The translations under genes and the position numbers were made by a program. Below, piece by piece: positions 19,901-29,461 of a DNA stretch of 64,000 nt; within the stretch, counting starts at the first letter, position 1, and each line of letters opens with the position of its first letter. Source of the DNA: Nitrosopumilus sp. (GTDB taxonomy: Archaea; Thermoproteota; Nitrososphaeria; Nitrososphaerales; Nitrosopumilaceae); NCBI GenBank assembly GCA_965238275.1, contig OZ250186.1:1504001-1568000 (forward strand), given 5' to 3'. Under the pieces are notes generated by a model. That model did not search any database. It was not told the DNA's origin and saw only the letters and a program-made list of their open reading frames with translations.

Positions 19901-21177
19901 CCGAAAGGTCACGTGAAGTTGAAGTCTATGATCGCAATGAAGCAATAAAAGCACTTACAATCAACACGGATTCTGTCGCCATGTCTGAAAAAAACATATT
20001 TTTTGATACCCGAGACAATGACTATGATGATGGCTGGTTTCCATCACGTCAGTCAGCACATAAAGATAAGGCAGTGTTGCCTCCTCCCTACCATTATCTC
20101 GGGGAGCCGTGCTCGAACGATGCATTGTATGCCACGTTTGAGGCTCCCGAGCAGGTAAATGTAGGGGATGCATTTGATGTCGTGCTTACGTATAGCTGGA
20201 CGGTGCCAAACCCGAACTGGGATGTGATGTCTGAAGATGATAAGAAAACGATGCAAAATCTACGCGATGAATATCTTCCACTGGTGGAGGCAGAGGAAAT
20301 GGCAAACAGCGGCGGCGGCCATGCAACTCTTACTGAGCCGGAATTGGACGATCTTGGTGCTCAAATGGATGCATTACTTGATCGGATGGCGAAAATCTTG
20401 GACAAATATGGGTTGGAAGACCATGATTCCAACATATACGGATACCAGATAACAGAATACTATCCGGAATGCAAGGAACCCATTCTGAACATTGCATTTC
20501 CAGAAGAGCTGGAAATACTTTCAGACGGATTTGAAATATCTGGCAGCCCGGACCAGCACAAGATTGTAAACTATCGAGGGGAAAAAACGCTGTCCTTCAG
20601 CAATGATCAGCCCCAAACATACATCCTTACTATGATTGCAAACGAACCTACATTCCATCTGGTCAATTCATTGAGAATCAACGCTGCTGGATATGGTGCA
20701 AATTTTGTTTTTAGTGTCAACAACGGCACAGTTACCTTTACCCATAACTATCCTGATTATTTGGAACGATTAGCCCACACACCTCAAATTGACAAGTTTG
20801 GAAATAAAATACCAAGGCACGAACAGAGTGGTGGGGGATATTCTCTCAATAGCGTATTGTTTGAGTATTCCCAACTCCATGGCCTGAGTGTTGATAAGAC
20901 AAGACAATTACAGCTTGAGTTTCTGAAACACCAGGTGCTAAACCCTGATGATGATTTTACTACATTTTACAAGATTTTTTCTGGCACGGATATCTCAGAT
21001 GAGATCGATTATGTAAGTCTAGGGCCGCCAATGGATAGTTTTGCAGAATTCGCCAGGGAACACATTTTACAGGATGAAGACGATATTGAGGCATGGCTTT
21101 ATTCCATAGATGACTTGCATGATGACTGGATCGAGGCGTTTCTGGCAAAATATCCGGAATTTAAAAATGAAACGTAG
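16972..21177 (+). CDS. Large secreted or surface mosaic protein: YVTN/YncE-like beta-propeller plus Ig-like modules
   Basis: Signal peptide (TTG start, ...IFLVILAISMISIASHDAFA). Propeller blades DIAINPETNLIY, SITVDPKTNTLY, DVEVNSETNKIY, KIQVNERDNEIY, DMDFDHVHGKLY. FlgD-like WDQTDSNGKRVP. Visibly AT-richer than the flanks. Confidence 0.85.
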   Translation: MNQSKIFLVILAISMISIASHDAFATPPSPPPGFTQMEISELPVLGQEFDLTISPIPDNYDKDWIQSSDEKTWPTEFTIILPKGFEIIDDDFSDGRPYYGMHGQVSDDYRFFSVVRDVGFPPQTTVTIKPTEPGIWQIIATSGPFISGKIFVTLTESYSYVSDKPNNVVKRDTCGKDLDGRYDRISMFDVASNSIIRNVKNDFMAEESYNDWKIITNPATDLIYIYEHYTTIVPIIYGNSGETKENLTLYGPRSSVRVSDIAINPETNLIYMGDNGRVSGKSDGRILVLDGENHSIISIIEYYDRSGEDEYVKSITVDPKTNTLYAMTGENSLYVIDLDTEEVVTKLHLGEGGYSGTHDVEVNSETNKIYALNGELYVIDGHTNAVEHAIPVDNWADKIQVNERDNEIYLLIYSTEKLLIIDGTDHQIDTINLHRPGLDMDFDHVHGKLYVPNEGGSVTVIDTDALEFDIMDDCSFISRISINPGTGVLSAVDESQSVTVNVIEDVKPHQNDRMWVDDSEYPRTEYLSDEQISFRLSNMGDADIAVDSVRIKNTNTGNVAVTLTESQTIEQNGFIEIMWDQTDSNGKRVPLDRYALIMKGHDDEDAIYEAHKLFSTIDKDRLDRLKSLHKDMFSYIKSNESNSEETTAPPASDDSAPANTADDLTAGQPQPDIPDDVACKNNPVLMTRNYEKFICVKFTTSETLVMRGWEIVSTEPTPAVPSDTSENITVPKHDIMPDFPLSSEFTGNIFARFNVEFSQRPVLNEEFDITIKYEIFDNESSNKKPRKTVPFTLTLGEGMEYVGGDMNKIARKYSLVTEQYNTMYKAENPSTVPGIYESTSIIKFSQPGEHYFGLHVSGQFDGFWFFVDDGGTVYLKEDVIYDSSALSQLMHILTANYPESIEDELETIFGSNAKRVLEDYYEYYEYQRPIAPVDLLTTKVQLQDVVCSGGIFYKFTQSEWGGHGMQCGSESTLEYNSERSREVEVYDRNEAIKALTINTDSVAMSEKNIFFDTRDNDYDDGWFPSRQSAHKDKAVLPPPYHYLGEPCSNDALYATFEAPEQVNVGDAFDVVLTYSWTVPNPNWDVMSEDDKKTMQNLRDEYLPLVEAEEMANSGGGHATLTEPELDDLGAQMDALLDRMAKILDKYGLEDHDSNIYGYQITEYYPECKEPILNIAFPEELEILSDGFEISGSPDQHKIVNYRGEKTLSFSNDQPQTYILTMIANEPTFHLVNSLRINAAGYGANFVFSVNNGTVTFTHNYPDYLERLAHTPQIDKFGNKIPRHEQSGGGYSLNSVLFEYSQLHGLSVDKTRQLQLEFLKHQVLNPDDDFTTFYKIFSGTDISDEIDYVSLGPPMDSFAEFAREHILQDEDDIEAWLYSIDDLHDDWIEAFLAKYPEFKNET

Positions 21178-21350
21178 CTGTCGAATTACTAATTAAAAAA
21201 ATAAATAAAACAAAAGAATTCCAGCCCCATAAAATCGCGACAAACGTATTTTCACGGTAAAAAACACCCATCTGTTTTGCAATCAGGTTTTACGGCATTT
21301 GACAACAATCCCCGCCTTGGCCAAACCCAAATGTCTGCCAACTTGGATCT

Positions 21351-21393
21351 GATGGTGGTGATGATGGTGATGGTGATGGTGATGATGTTGATG
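21351..21393. repeat. GAT/GGT trinucleotide microsatellite
   Basis: GATGGTGGTGATGATGGTGATGGTGATGGTGATGATGTTGATG in the spacer downstream of lysS. Confidence 0.8.
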
Positions 21394-21415
21394 TGCAGTT
21401 GTGGAATGGTCCGTA

Positions 21416-23002
21416 TCAGATGTACTTGGAAAGCATTCCTGCCGCCTTTCTTCTTCCGATGTCTGAGATGAACGGGCCTATCCTTGGACCACCGGCTGTT
21501 CCGAGAATCGCCTGGTAAAGTATCCTGAAAAAATCCCTTGGTTTGACGCCGTTTGATTTTGCAATCTGATAAATCGCGCCCTGGATGTCCTCCGGCTCCT
21601 CGTCTGCGCCCAGAACATCCACAAGGTCCCTCAGTGCGTTCCTTGCATGCTCGTCCAAATCAATGTGAACCGGCTCCTGCGTGTCAAACTCGTCTGAAAA
21701 GTTTCCTGCAAGCCCGACAAGCGCCTCTATCTCCGGCCCTGCGTCCTTTATGATTCCGTACTCTTGCAGCTTTTTTGTCACCATGCCCTTCCTGTCCTCC
21801 TTGAAGATCCTTGCCAGTTCGACTGCGAGCCTGTAGTTTACGTGCACGCCGGGCTGCCCTGGCGGCTCCAGCAGATTCACATACTCGTAGAGCCCCCTTG
21901 TTTTTGCAAGCCTTGCCTGGTTGTCCATTTTGACCCTTCCAAAGTAGACATCCTCCAGCTCGTTGTATTCGTTCATCAGGGACGGAATGTCCTCAAACCC
22001 TATCTCCCGGGCACCTGTGATTCTTTTGTACAGCAGCAGCAGTATTGACTTGGGACTGCCAAACCTTAGCCATTTCTGTGCGGTCATGACATTGCCAAGG
22101 GATTTTGAGATCTTTTTTCCGCCCTTGTCCAGAAACATCTCGTACTTTACGTGGTGGGGGTGGGGGAACCCAAGAATCTCCTGCGCAACCCAGTCGTTTA
22201 CCATTACAGAATCCATGATGTCCTTTCCATACGCCTCAAACCTGATATCAAATGCGGCCCATCTGGCGGCAAACTCCACCTTCCATGCAAGCTTGCCCGG
22301 ATCCCTTGTAATGTCTGCCTCCCCGATGTGGCCGCAGCCGCTGACCTTTCTTGAGCCAATCTCCACGTCATGGCACCTGTATTTCACCTTCCTCTCATCG
22401 GGGATGTATTCTGTGGATTCTGCAGTGTATATTCGGCCGCAGCTTGCGCATACTGGAAAGTACGGCAGGTACCTCTTGTACTTGTCCTGCCCGACCATGC
22501 TTGAGATCCTCTCTCCGATTCTTGCACCATTCGTGAGGATTGTGTGTATCTGGTCCTTTAGCAGTCCCTGCCTGTATGTGTCAACTGCCCTCCTGAACTC
22601 ATACCTTATGCCGATTTTGTCCAGCCCGTCCAGCAGTATGCTGCTCATGTGCATGCCGTATGAATCGTGGCACCCAAACGGATCCGGGATCGAGGATACG
22701 GGTTTTGCCAGATGCTCTTCGAGTGATTCTGGAAGTCCCTCCGGAATCTTTCTGAGTCCGTCCATGTCGTCAGAGTACGCCACAAGTTCTGACTTGTAGC
22801 CCACGTCCTCCAGGGCCATCTTGATTCCATACGCCCTGGCCGCATCCCCGAGGCTGCCAATGTGCGGCACCCCGGATGCGCCAAGGCCGCTCTCCACCCT
22901 TAGCATGTCCAGGCTTCTGCCAAGGGAGGTCTCGCGCTCGATCATCTCTGAGGCCAGCTTGTCAATCCATGTCCCCCTTCCGATCATCTCCTGTCCTGGC
23001 AT
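21416..23002 (-). CDS. lysS: Lysine--tRNA ligase, class I
   Basis: SGVPHIGS (HIGH), DDMDGLRKIP, GKLAWKVEFAARW, KISKSLGN (KMSKS) and GPRIG. Confidence 0.96.
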   Translation of the reverse strand: MPGQEMIGRGTWIDKLASEMIERETSLGRSLDMLRVESGLGASGVPHIGSLGDAARAYGIKMALEDVGYKSELVAYSDDMDGLRKIPEGLPESLEEHLAKPVSSIPDPFGCHDSYGMHMSSILLDGLDKIGIRYEFRRAVDTYRQGLLKDQIHTILTNGARIGERISSMVGQDKYKRYLPYFPVCASCGRIYTAESTEYIPDERKVKYRCHDVEIGSRKVSGCGHIGEADITRDPGKLAWKVEFAARWAAFDIRFEAYGKDIMDSVMVNDWVAQEILGFPHPHHVKYEMFLDKGGKKISKSLGNVMTAQKWLRFGSPKSILLLLYKRITGAREIGFEDIPSLMNEYNELEDVYFGRVKMDNQARLAKTRGLYEYVNLLEPPGQPGVHVNYRLAVELARIFKEDRKGMVTKKLQEYGIIKDAGPEIEALVGLAGNFSDEFDTQEPVHIDLDEHARNALRDLVDVLGADEEPEDIQGAIYQIAKSNGVKPRDFFRILYQAILGTAGGPRIGPFISDIGRRKAAGMLSKYI

Positions 23003-23006
23003 AGTA

Positions 23007-24596
23007 TCACCCGTCCAGCCTCTTGGCCATGTATGGCCCATATAACGAGTACCCCATCTTTTTGTAGTACTCCCTTGTGCCTACCGCGCTTATCACCAAA
23101 AGCCTTCTTGCATCAAACTCCTCTCTTGCGATCCTTTCGGCCTCTGCCATCAGGCTCCTTCCCAGCCCCGAGTGCTGTATCTGGCCCTTCTCCCTCTTGC
23201 CGATTCCCAGCGACCGCCCATAGACATGCAGCTCCCTTACGATGCAGCACGAGTCTGCGCCGACTTCCTTTCTGTGGGCGTTCTGGCTTGGACTCCTCAG
23301 CCTCAAAAACCCGTATATGGACTCGTCTGTTCCCTCGTACGAGACAAAGACCTCGCGTCCTCCCGAGGAGTCATAATCAGTCCTGCTCAGCGCCATCTCG
23401 TCTGCATGCGGCATTCTGGACAGGCCCGCTTCCCTGCATCTTATGCACCTGCATGAAAGGCCCTGCCTGGCCAGGCTCTGATGGACCAGCTGCCTCAGGT
23501 TGCCTGACTTTGGCCCTGCAACTATCTGGCTTGACGGAATCTCCCTCTGAATGCGCATGATTCTGACCCACTTTGGCACGTTCTTCTTTACCTCCGTCAG
23601 AACCCTGATCATGTCCTCATCCGAGTACGGGGAGTACCGTCCCTGCACGTACTCCTCGTACAGCGGCGTGTCCCTGATTACCAGCGCCGGATAAATCTTT
23701 AGCATGTCCGGGCGCAGCTGCGGATCCGAAAACAGCCTTTGAAAATCCTCAATGTCCCCGTCCGGGCTCATGGTGGGCAGTCCGGGCATCATGTGCGCTG
23801 CAATCTTGTATCCGGCATCCTTTGAGATCTGAAAAGACTCTGTCACGTCGCCGTAGTCGTGGCCCCTGTTTACAATCCTGTAGACGCGCTCCTGCAGTGA
23901 CTGGACGCCGATCTCTACCCTCGTAACCCCGTATCTGAGCATCCAGTCCACATGCTCCCTTTTGCAATAGTCCGGCTTTGTCTCGATTGTAAATCCCACG
24001 TTTCTGATTGCCGCACGTTCGTTGTTTGATTTTGCCTCGTCCAGGCTGCCCGAATCAGTCCCGTTCAGCGCGTCATAGCACGACTTTATGAAATCCTCCT
24101 GATACTCTGCCGGCATAAACAGAAAGGTCCCCCCCACAATCACAATCTCCATCTTTGACGGGTCGTGCCCGAATGCCACCAGCTTGTCAATCTTTGATGC
24201 TATCTGCAGCCTTGGATCATAACCGTTTTCAATGGCATTGAGGGTGGCAGGCTCGCCTCCGGTGTAGCTGTTCGGGGAGTTGTACTTGGTGCCGCCGGGG
24301 CAGTACGTGCACCTGCCGTGGGGGCATGCATACGGCTTTGGCATCAGTGCCACCACCGACACTCCTGATGCCGTCTTTGCAGGCTTTTTTAGCAGGACCC
24401 TTCTGAGCATTTCAAAATCCGCCCCCTCGGCCTTTGAGAGGATCTCGTGGTTTCTGGGGATCCTTTCAAGTGCATATTTGGCGCAGATCCTCCTGATCTC
24501 CTGCCTTACATGTTTTTTATCCGGATTGTCAATCACAAGCAGATTCTGGGTAATCTCGCTGCACGCTTTGGAGAATGTCGAATTCAGACTGCCCAT
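23007..24596 (-). CDS. elp3: Elp3 tRNA uridine(34) acetyltransferase (radical SAM plus GNAT)
   Basis: CPHGRCTYCPGG, ETKPD, RVEIGVQ, LKIYP, CRCIRCRE, VRELHVYG and QHSGLG. Confidence 0.95.
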   Translation of the reverse strand: MGSLNSTFSKACSEITQNLLVIDNPDKKHVRQEIRRICAKYALERIPRNHEILSKAEGADFEMLRRVLLKKPAKTASGVSVVALMPKPYACPHGRCTYCPGGTKYNSPNSYTGGEPATLNAIENGYDPRLQIASKIDKLVAFGHDPSKMEIVIVGGTFLFMPAEYQEDFIKSCYDALNGTDSGSLDEAKSNNERAAIRNVGFTIETKPDYCKREHVDWMLRYGVTRVEIGVQSLQERVYRIVNRGHDYGDVTESFQISKDAGYKIAAHMMPGLPTMSPDGDIEDFQRLFSDPQLRPDMLKIYPALVIRDTPLYEEYVQGRYSPYSDEDMIRVLTEVKKNVPKWVRIMRIQREIPSSQIVAGPKSGNLRQLVHQSLARQGLSCRCIRCREAGLSRMPHADEMALSRTDYDSSGGREVFVSYEGTDESIYGFLRLRSPSQNAHRKEVGADSCCIVRELHVYGRSLGIGKREKGQIQHSGLGRSLMAEAERIAREEFDARRLLVISAVGTREYYKKMGYSLYGPYMAKRLDG

Positions 24597-24687
24597 GAAC
24601 ACCCATACCTGCCTGGACATAAATTCGTTAAATGGACAAAATATCAACCCCATTGTGCGTTCCTGCAGGATGTGTAATGAGAAACCA

Positions 24688-25899
24688 CTATTCCATCTTT
24701 AGGGCCTCTTCGATCTCCCTTGCAAGAAAGACCCTGCTCTTGTTGACTATGTTTGTCTGCTCCAGTATGCCCAGATTCACAAGGTTCATGACCGTCCCCT
24801 TGGCAGATTGGTATGACACGTCAAGAAACCTTCCGGCTGACGGGACGGTGATGTACGGATTGGCAAACAGATGTTCCATCAGACTAATGTCATTTCCACG
24901 GGCATTTGCCTCTCGAAGGATCCGGCCGTACTGTTTTTGCAGTTGCACCATCCCCCGGATGCCGTTTATGGTGCTCTTTGCCTGTGCCGAAAAGGCGCGC
25001 AGAAAGAACTTGATCCATACGTTCCATCGGCTCTTCCGGCTCACTTCCAGCAGCCCATCATAGTACTCGCCACTATTCCTCTCAAAGAATGCACTCAAGT
25101 ACAGTAGCGGCTCAGGAAGCATGCCTTTTTTGTGCAGCACCAGCGGCAGCAAGAGTCTCCCTATCCTTCCGTTTCCGTCGCCAAAGGGATGTATGGCCTC
25201 AAACTGGTAGTGCATCATGGCGCACTGGACAAGCACCGGTATGTTGTCGTGCCTCTCTTGAAGGAACCCCACCAGGCTCTCAAGCAGGGGCAGAACCCGT
25301 TCAGCCGGAGGAGGTGTGTAAATAATCTCCGTCCTTCTTCCGTATGACGCTATGATGTAGTTCGGATTCTTGCGAAATTCTCCGGGGTTTTTCTCTTGAC
25401 CACGGACATCTTTCATCAGGATTCTGTGTGCCCTGCGTATGACATCCAGACTGATATTGTGTCCTGTCTCCCTTACAGTCATTAGCGATTGCTCCAATGC
25501 ATTTACGTAGTTTACCACTTCCCACAGCCTCGTGTTGTCTGCCTGTCTTCGATCGATGTTGCCTACTGCCTCATACACGTTCAAGTCATCTAGGGATGCC
25601 AGCGTGCCCTCTATCCTGGAGCTCAGTACGGCCTCGTGTTTGAGATATGCCCTTAACAGGATATGTGGATTTTCAATCTCACCCCCCATGCCTTTGAGTT
25701 CCCCTACGCTCCTCTCCGCCTCGGCAAGCAGCAGGATCATCTCAGAATCATACGAAATTCTGGGGGGAAGATCCTTTGGGACAAATGCCAAGCGGTTGTC
25801 GCTGTTGGCCACAAAGACGCCATTGGGTTTTGTATACCGCTTCAAGTCTCTGGGTGCCGGATTGTGGCCTCCTTTAATGTTTTCATGCTTCATTACCAA
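24688..25899 (-). CDS. Fic-family AMPylase with N-terminal inhibitory motif and C-terminal HTH
   Basis: Canonical HPFGDGNGRIGR; SSRIEG matches the (S/T)xxxE(G/N) inhibitory motif. Confidence 0.93.
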   Translation of the reverse strand: MVMKHENIKGGHNPAPRDLKRYTKPNGVFVANSDNRLAFVPKDLPPRISYDSEMILLLAEAERSVGELKGMGGEIENPHILLRAYLKHEAVLSSRIEGTLASLDDLNVYEAVGNIDRRQADNTRLWEVVNYVNALEQSLMTVRETGHNISLDVIRRAHRILMKDVRGQEKNPGEFRKNPNYIIASYGRRTEIIYTPPPAERVLPLLESLVGFLQERHDNIPVLVQCAMMHYQFEAIHPFGDGNGRIGRLLLPLVLHKKGMLPEPLLYLSAFFERNSGEYYDGLLEVSRKSRWNVWIKFFLRAFSAQAKSTINGIRGMVQLQKQYGRILREANARGNDISLMEHLFANPYITVPSAGRFLDVSYQSAKGTVMNLVNLGILEQTNIVNKSRVFLAREIEEALKME

Positions 25900-26115
25900 T
25901 AAACCTTAATTATCGTAATGAAATCGATTATAATATTTAAACATTATGAAGGTTTTTTTGACTTGTTTTTTGTTTTTGGCAGCTGCACATTTGGCATACA
26001 GGCGCCCGGCCTTGTCCCCATGGCGGTTTTTTTGCAGCCCTGCCAGGTCATGTCTCTGGCATTTCCTGCGGTTCCGTGATTCACTGCCAATCACTGCTGC
26101 CCGCGCAGCCTCTGC

Positions 26116-27363
26116 CTATTCTGTCTTGCGTGCTGCCTGCTGTCCTGGTGAACCGTCACTTTTTTTTTGCTCTTTTCTGTATTCCATCTTCAGCCAGATC
26201 GGCGTTATGATGGTCGTCACTGCCACCATGATTATTATCGTGGAATACACCTCCGAGGTCAGGACTCCGGTGGTGACTCCGACTCCTGCAACAATGAGGC
26301 CCACCTCTCCCCTGGATATCATCCCGATTCCTACCCGCATTCCCTGTGTCCTGCTCTTGAGGAAGAACATTGCAGGAAGGCCGCATCCGAACAGTTTTGT
26401 GGTGACTGCCACCAATATTACCACCCCGCTTATCATGAGAATGTTCAGATCCACTGCCCTCAGGTCGACTGCCGCCCCGATAATCGCAAAGAACAACGGC
26501 GCAAATATCAGGCCTATCTTGTTTATGAAATCCTCCACCTTGTGAAATACCTTGGTGGTTGATAGCGCCATCCCGATTGCAAACGCACCGACAATCGGCG
26601 AGAGCCCAATGGCTCCTGCAAGGGCCGCGGCCCCAAAGAACGCGGCAGTCGCTATCCCCTCTATGCTTCCCTTTGCCTTCCACATCCTTGAATTGACGAC
26701 TCTTGGCATTATGATTATGGCAGAGACCAGAATGATTGCAAAGAATCCCAGCACCTCAAAGATGGTAAATATGACATGATCAATCTGGATGTTGTCTATC
26801 CCGCCACTGCTGCCTGCGACTGACGTTACCACGGAGAGCACCGCAATTGCCAGGATGTCATCGATCACTGCAGCCCCGATGATCAGCCTTGCCTCGCGTG
26901 TCTTGAGCTTGCCAAACTCGTTTAGGACCTGGATTGAGATTGCAATGCTTGTCGCAGTAAGCGCCGTGGCAATGAGCATCGACTGCAGGGCGTCAAATCC
27001 GAACGCCTGAAAGACTACCATGCCGGCAAAGAACGGCACGACCACTCCCAGGGTTCCGACAGTAAACGATGCCTTTCCTCCCCTGATGAACTCCTTTGGG
27101 GTCATCTCAAGTCCTGCCATGAACAGGATTACGATGGCCCCCATCTCCCCGAGAATCCTGATCTCCTCGTTTATCTGGATCAGCTGCGTGCCGTCAATAA
27201 CCAGCACGGACCCAAGCGCAAACGGCCCTATGATCATCCCCGCCAAGAGTTCCCCTAGCACGATTGGAAGCTTTAGCCTGAGGAAGAGCTCGGCCATCAG
27301 TTTTGCCGCTGCAAGGAGTATGCCTACCTCGATAATTGTCTGAATAAGATGTCCTTCTACCAC
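26116..27363 (-). CDS. Cation:proton antiporter (CPA2/NapA-like)
   Basis: Many TM helices; GELLAGMIIGP, ATSIAIS, AAVIDDIL and GMISRGEV. Confidence 0.93.
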   Translation of the reverse strand: MVEGHLIQTIIEVGILLAAAKLMAELFLRLKLPIVLGELLAGMIIGPFALGSVLVIDGTQLIQINEEIRILGEMGAIVILFMAGLEMTPKEFIRGGKASFTVGTLGVVVPFFAGMVVFQAFGFDALQSMLIATALTATSIAISIQVLNEFGKLKTREARLIIGAAVIDDILAIAVLSVVTSVAGSSGGIDNIQIDHVIFTIFEVLGFFAIILVSAIIIMPRVVNSRMWKAKGSIEGIATAAFFGAAALAGAIGLSPIVGAFAIGMALSTTKVFHKVEDFINKIGLIFAPLFFAIIGAAVDLRAVDLNILMISGVVILVAVTTKLFGCGLPAMFFLKSRTQGMRVGIGMISRGEVGLIVAGVGVTTGVLTSEVYSTIIIMVAVTTIITPIWLKMEYRKEQKKSDGSPGQQAARKTE

Positions 27364-27568
27364 GTTTGTTTCAACATGGCTATAACCTGATTATATAATA
27401 TTATATCCCTTTGATTGGGTGCGATACTTGGCCCGGAACGGGTCATGGCGCAGCAGACGGCCTGATTCCCGGAAGGATTCCCGTTTACGCCATGACTGCA
27501 TGCCGGATCCATTCACGGCCTGCAGGAACCACGCGGCATCCCCACCACGGCACGAATCGTGGCACGAG

Positions 27569-27949
27569 TCAGCCCTCGGCATTTCTTCGGGTGAGCTCGG
27601 CAATATACCCCTCATACTCTGCCATCTCCTGCTTGAATGAACCGTATACCCAACTGTCAGGATCCTCAAGGCAGCCAAGATCGTTCATCTCCCCTTCAAT
27701 CATCATGATTCTTGCCTGAAGTTCCTGCAGTCTTGGTGCGTCGGCAGGATCGTCTGGCTGCAGGTTGTCGCCTGCCACTTCGACTAGTATGTCGGCACTC
27801 TGGCGTACCAGGCTTCGGCAGCTGTCCACCACCTGGGAATCCAATGGCGCAGGGCGGCTCTGCTGCATGTCCAGATACGCGTAAAGCGTTATGGTCAGTA
27901 TGGCCAGCGCCACCACCCCGGATGCAACCATCCTGCTGAGCCTATCCAT
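27569..27949 (-). CDS. Membrane-anchored hypothetical protein
   Basis: N-terminal TM followed by a helical domain with two Cys. Confidence 0.65.
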   Translation of the reverse strand: MDRLSRMVASGVVALAILTITLYAYLDMQQSRPAPLDSQVVDSCRSLVRQSADILVEVAGDNLQPDDPADAPRLQELQARIMMIEGEMNDLGCLEDPDSWVYGSFKQEMAEYEGYIAELTRRNAEG

Positions 27950-27952
27950 GCG

Positions 27953-28327
27953 TCATGCGACCTTTTGAACCTTCCAATCCGCACCAACCCAGACTCCTAT
28001 GACCTGTATGTCATACCCCCACGATCCTACGATGGACACGTCCTCCTTGATCTGGGCAAGCTGCTCCTCGTCAGATACCGGATTGCCTGCACAGTCATGA
28101 TGGCCGGAAATGACTATCAGTCTTGACTGGTGCGCATTGATTGAGATCTCGGCCTTTCTCATTATGGATTCCAGGTTTTGATGGTGTGATATTACGCTGT
28201 CTACGCCGGGTTCGGTGATTGTATCGACAAAGTCCACCGGATAATTTTCCTTGATCCAGTGTATGATTGGCAGCTGGATGCGTCCGTCCATGCAGCTGAT
28301 CGACGTTGCAAATCTTCCTTCAGGCAT
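27953..28327 (-). CDS. Putative beta-class-like carbonic anhydrase
   Basis: CMDGR and HHDC zinc ligands; DTITEPG. Confidence 0.82.
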   Translation of the reverse strand: MPEGRFATSISCMDGRIQLPIIHWIKENYPVDFVDTITEPGVDSVISHHQNLESIMRKAEISINAHQSRLIVISGHHDCAGNPVSDEEQLAQIKEDVSIVGSWGYDIQVIGVWVGADWKVQKVA

Positions 28328-28355
28328 ACATGATGCAGGCAGCCTACCAATAAAA

Positions 28356-28910
28356 TCATTTTTGATGCATGAAGCAGCCCTCGGTATGGTCATTTACCAT
28401 GCCTGTTGCCTGCATCATGGCATAGCATATTGTGGGTCCCACAAAAGTGAATCCGCGCCTCCTGAGATCACGGCTTAGCGCCTCTGATGTTTCCGTGTAT
28501 GCCGGAATGTCTGAGGGTTTTTTGAATCTGTTTAGTATTGGCTTGTGCCTGACAAACCCCCACAGGTACCTGTCAAAAGAGCCAAACTCGGACTGTACCT
28601 TGAGAAACTGCCGGGCATTGTTGATGGCAGAAGTGATTTTAAGCCTGTTCCTGATTATGGACTTGTCCTGAAGCAGCCTTTGGATGTCTTTTTGGGCGTA
28701 CCTTGAGACAGACGGGGCATCAAAGTCAGAAAATGCCGTCCTGTAGCCCTCCCGGCGTTTGAGAATCGTAACCCATGACAGGCCCGCCTGCGCACCCTCC
28801 AACACGAGAAACTCAAACAGCTTTTGGTCGTCGTGCTGCGGTATTCCCCATTCGGCATCGTGGTATGTCGTGTTTGGCTCCTCGCATGCCCAGCTGCACC
28901 TGCTTACCAT
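28356..28910 (-). CDS. tag: DNA-3-methyladenine glycosylase I
   Basis: RCSW, YHDAEWG, LEGAQAGLSW, IIRNRLKI, FVGPTICYAMMQATG and NDH...C. Confidence 0.95.
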   Translation of the reverse strand: MVSRCSWACEEPNTTYHDAEWGIPQHDDQKLFEFLVLEGAQAGLSWVTILKRREGYRTAFSDFDAPSVSRYAQKDIQRLLQDKSIIRNRLKITSAINNARQFLKVQSEFGSFDRYLWGFVRHKPILNRFKKPSDIPAYTETSEALSRDLRRRGFTFVGPTICYAMMQATGMVNDHTEGCFMHQK

Positions 28911-28952
28911 GATGGATTCTGGCACCCGTACGGGATATTAGTTACACCTTGC

Positions 28953-29315
28953 CTAGTCAAGATTCTTGTAATAGAGACTTATGACCTTGTCTACTACCGT
29001 GTTTGTGTCGCAGTCCTTTTCGGTGCTTACGAGAAGCAGGCGGTCATCTCCCAGGTAGAACGAAAAGCGCTTGACCTTGTCATACTCGGCCATGGTGTAT
29101 TTTGTCTTGCCAAGCCATTTTGCCATGTCCTTGCGGGACTTCCAATCGAGGGTGGCGAGGTTGACCAGCTCGCTTTCTGAGCGCTCCGAAAGCAGGTTTT
29201 CCACGCCGTCCCTCATGCCGCCTCCCAGGCGAACGGCCCACTCGTCATATGCGGTGGCAAACCGAATCTTGGATTCCGCATCCAGAATCTGCGAGCAGTA
29301 TTTCTCGTAATCCAA
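28953..29315 (-). CDS. DUF6659/roadblock-like thaumarchaeal protein
   Basis: C..IL....IRFA, GG.R.GV and LG...Y....Y.KV....F pattern. Confidence 0.75.
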   Translation of the reverse strand: MDYEKYCSQILDAESKIRFATAYDEWAVRLGGGMRDGVENLLSERSESELVNLATLDWKSRKDMAKWLGKTKYTMAEYDKVKRFSFYLGDDRLLLVSTEKDCDTNTVVDKVISLYYKNLD

Positions 29316-29364
29316 TGAGAATTCTACGTACGGGGGGGTATTAGAGTTTTAAAATTTGGATAAA

Positions 29365-29439
29365 CGGACCCGACCGGATTTGAACCGGCGACCTAACGCT
29401 CCGCAAGCGTTCGCACTATCCAAGCTATGCAACGAGTCC
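29365..29439 (-). tRNA. tRNA-Arg(GCG)
   Basis: Acceptor stem GGACTCG/CGGGTCC, anticodon arm AACGC-TTGCGGA-GCGTT, T-arm GCCGG-TTCAAAT-CCGGT; no intron and no encoded CCA. Confidence 0.96.
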
Positions 29440-29461
29440 GAATAGTGTGCATGGTTTGTGT

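Noticed and set aside
21351-21393. Poly-His peptide on the minus strand after lysS
   Set aside because: The His frame is out of frame with lysS and has no nearby start; best read as a microsatellite.
29365-29439. tRNA-Arg as an integration site
   Set aside because: No duplicated tRNA 3' end or integrase noticed in the window.
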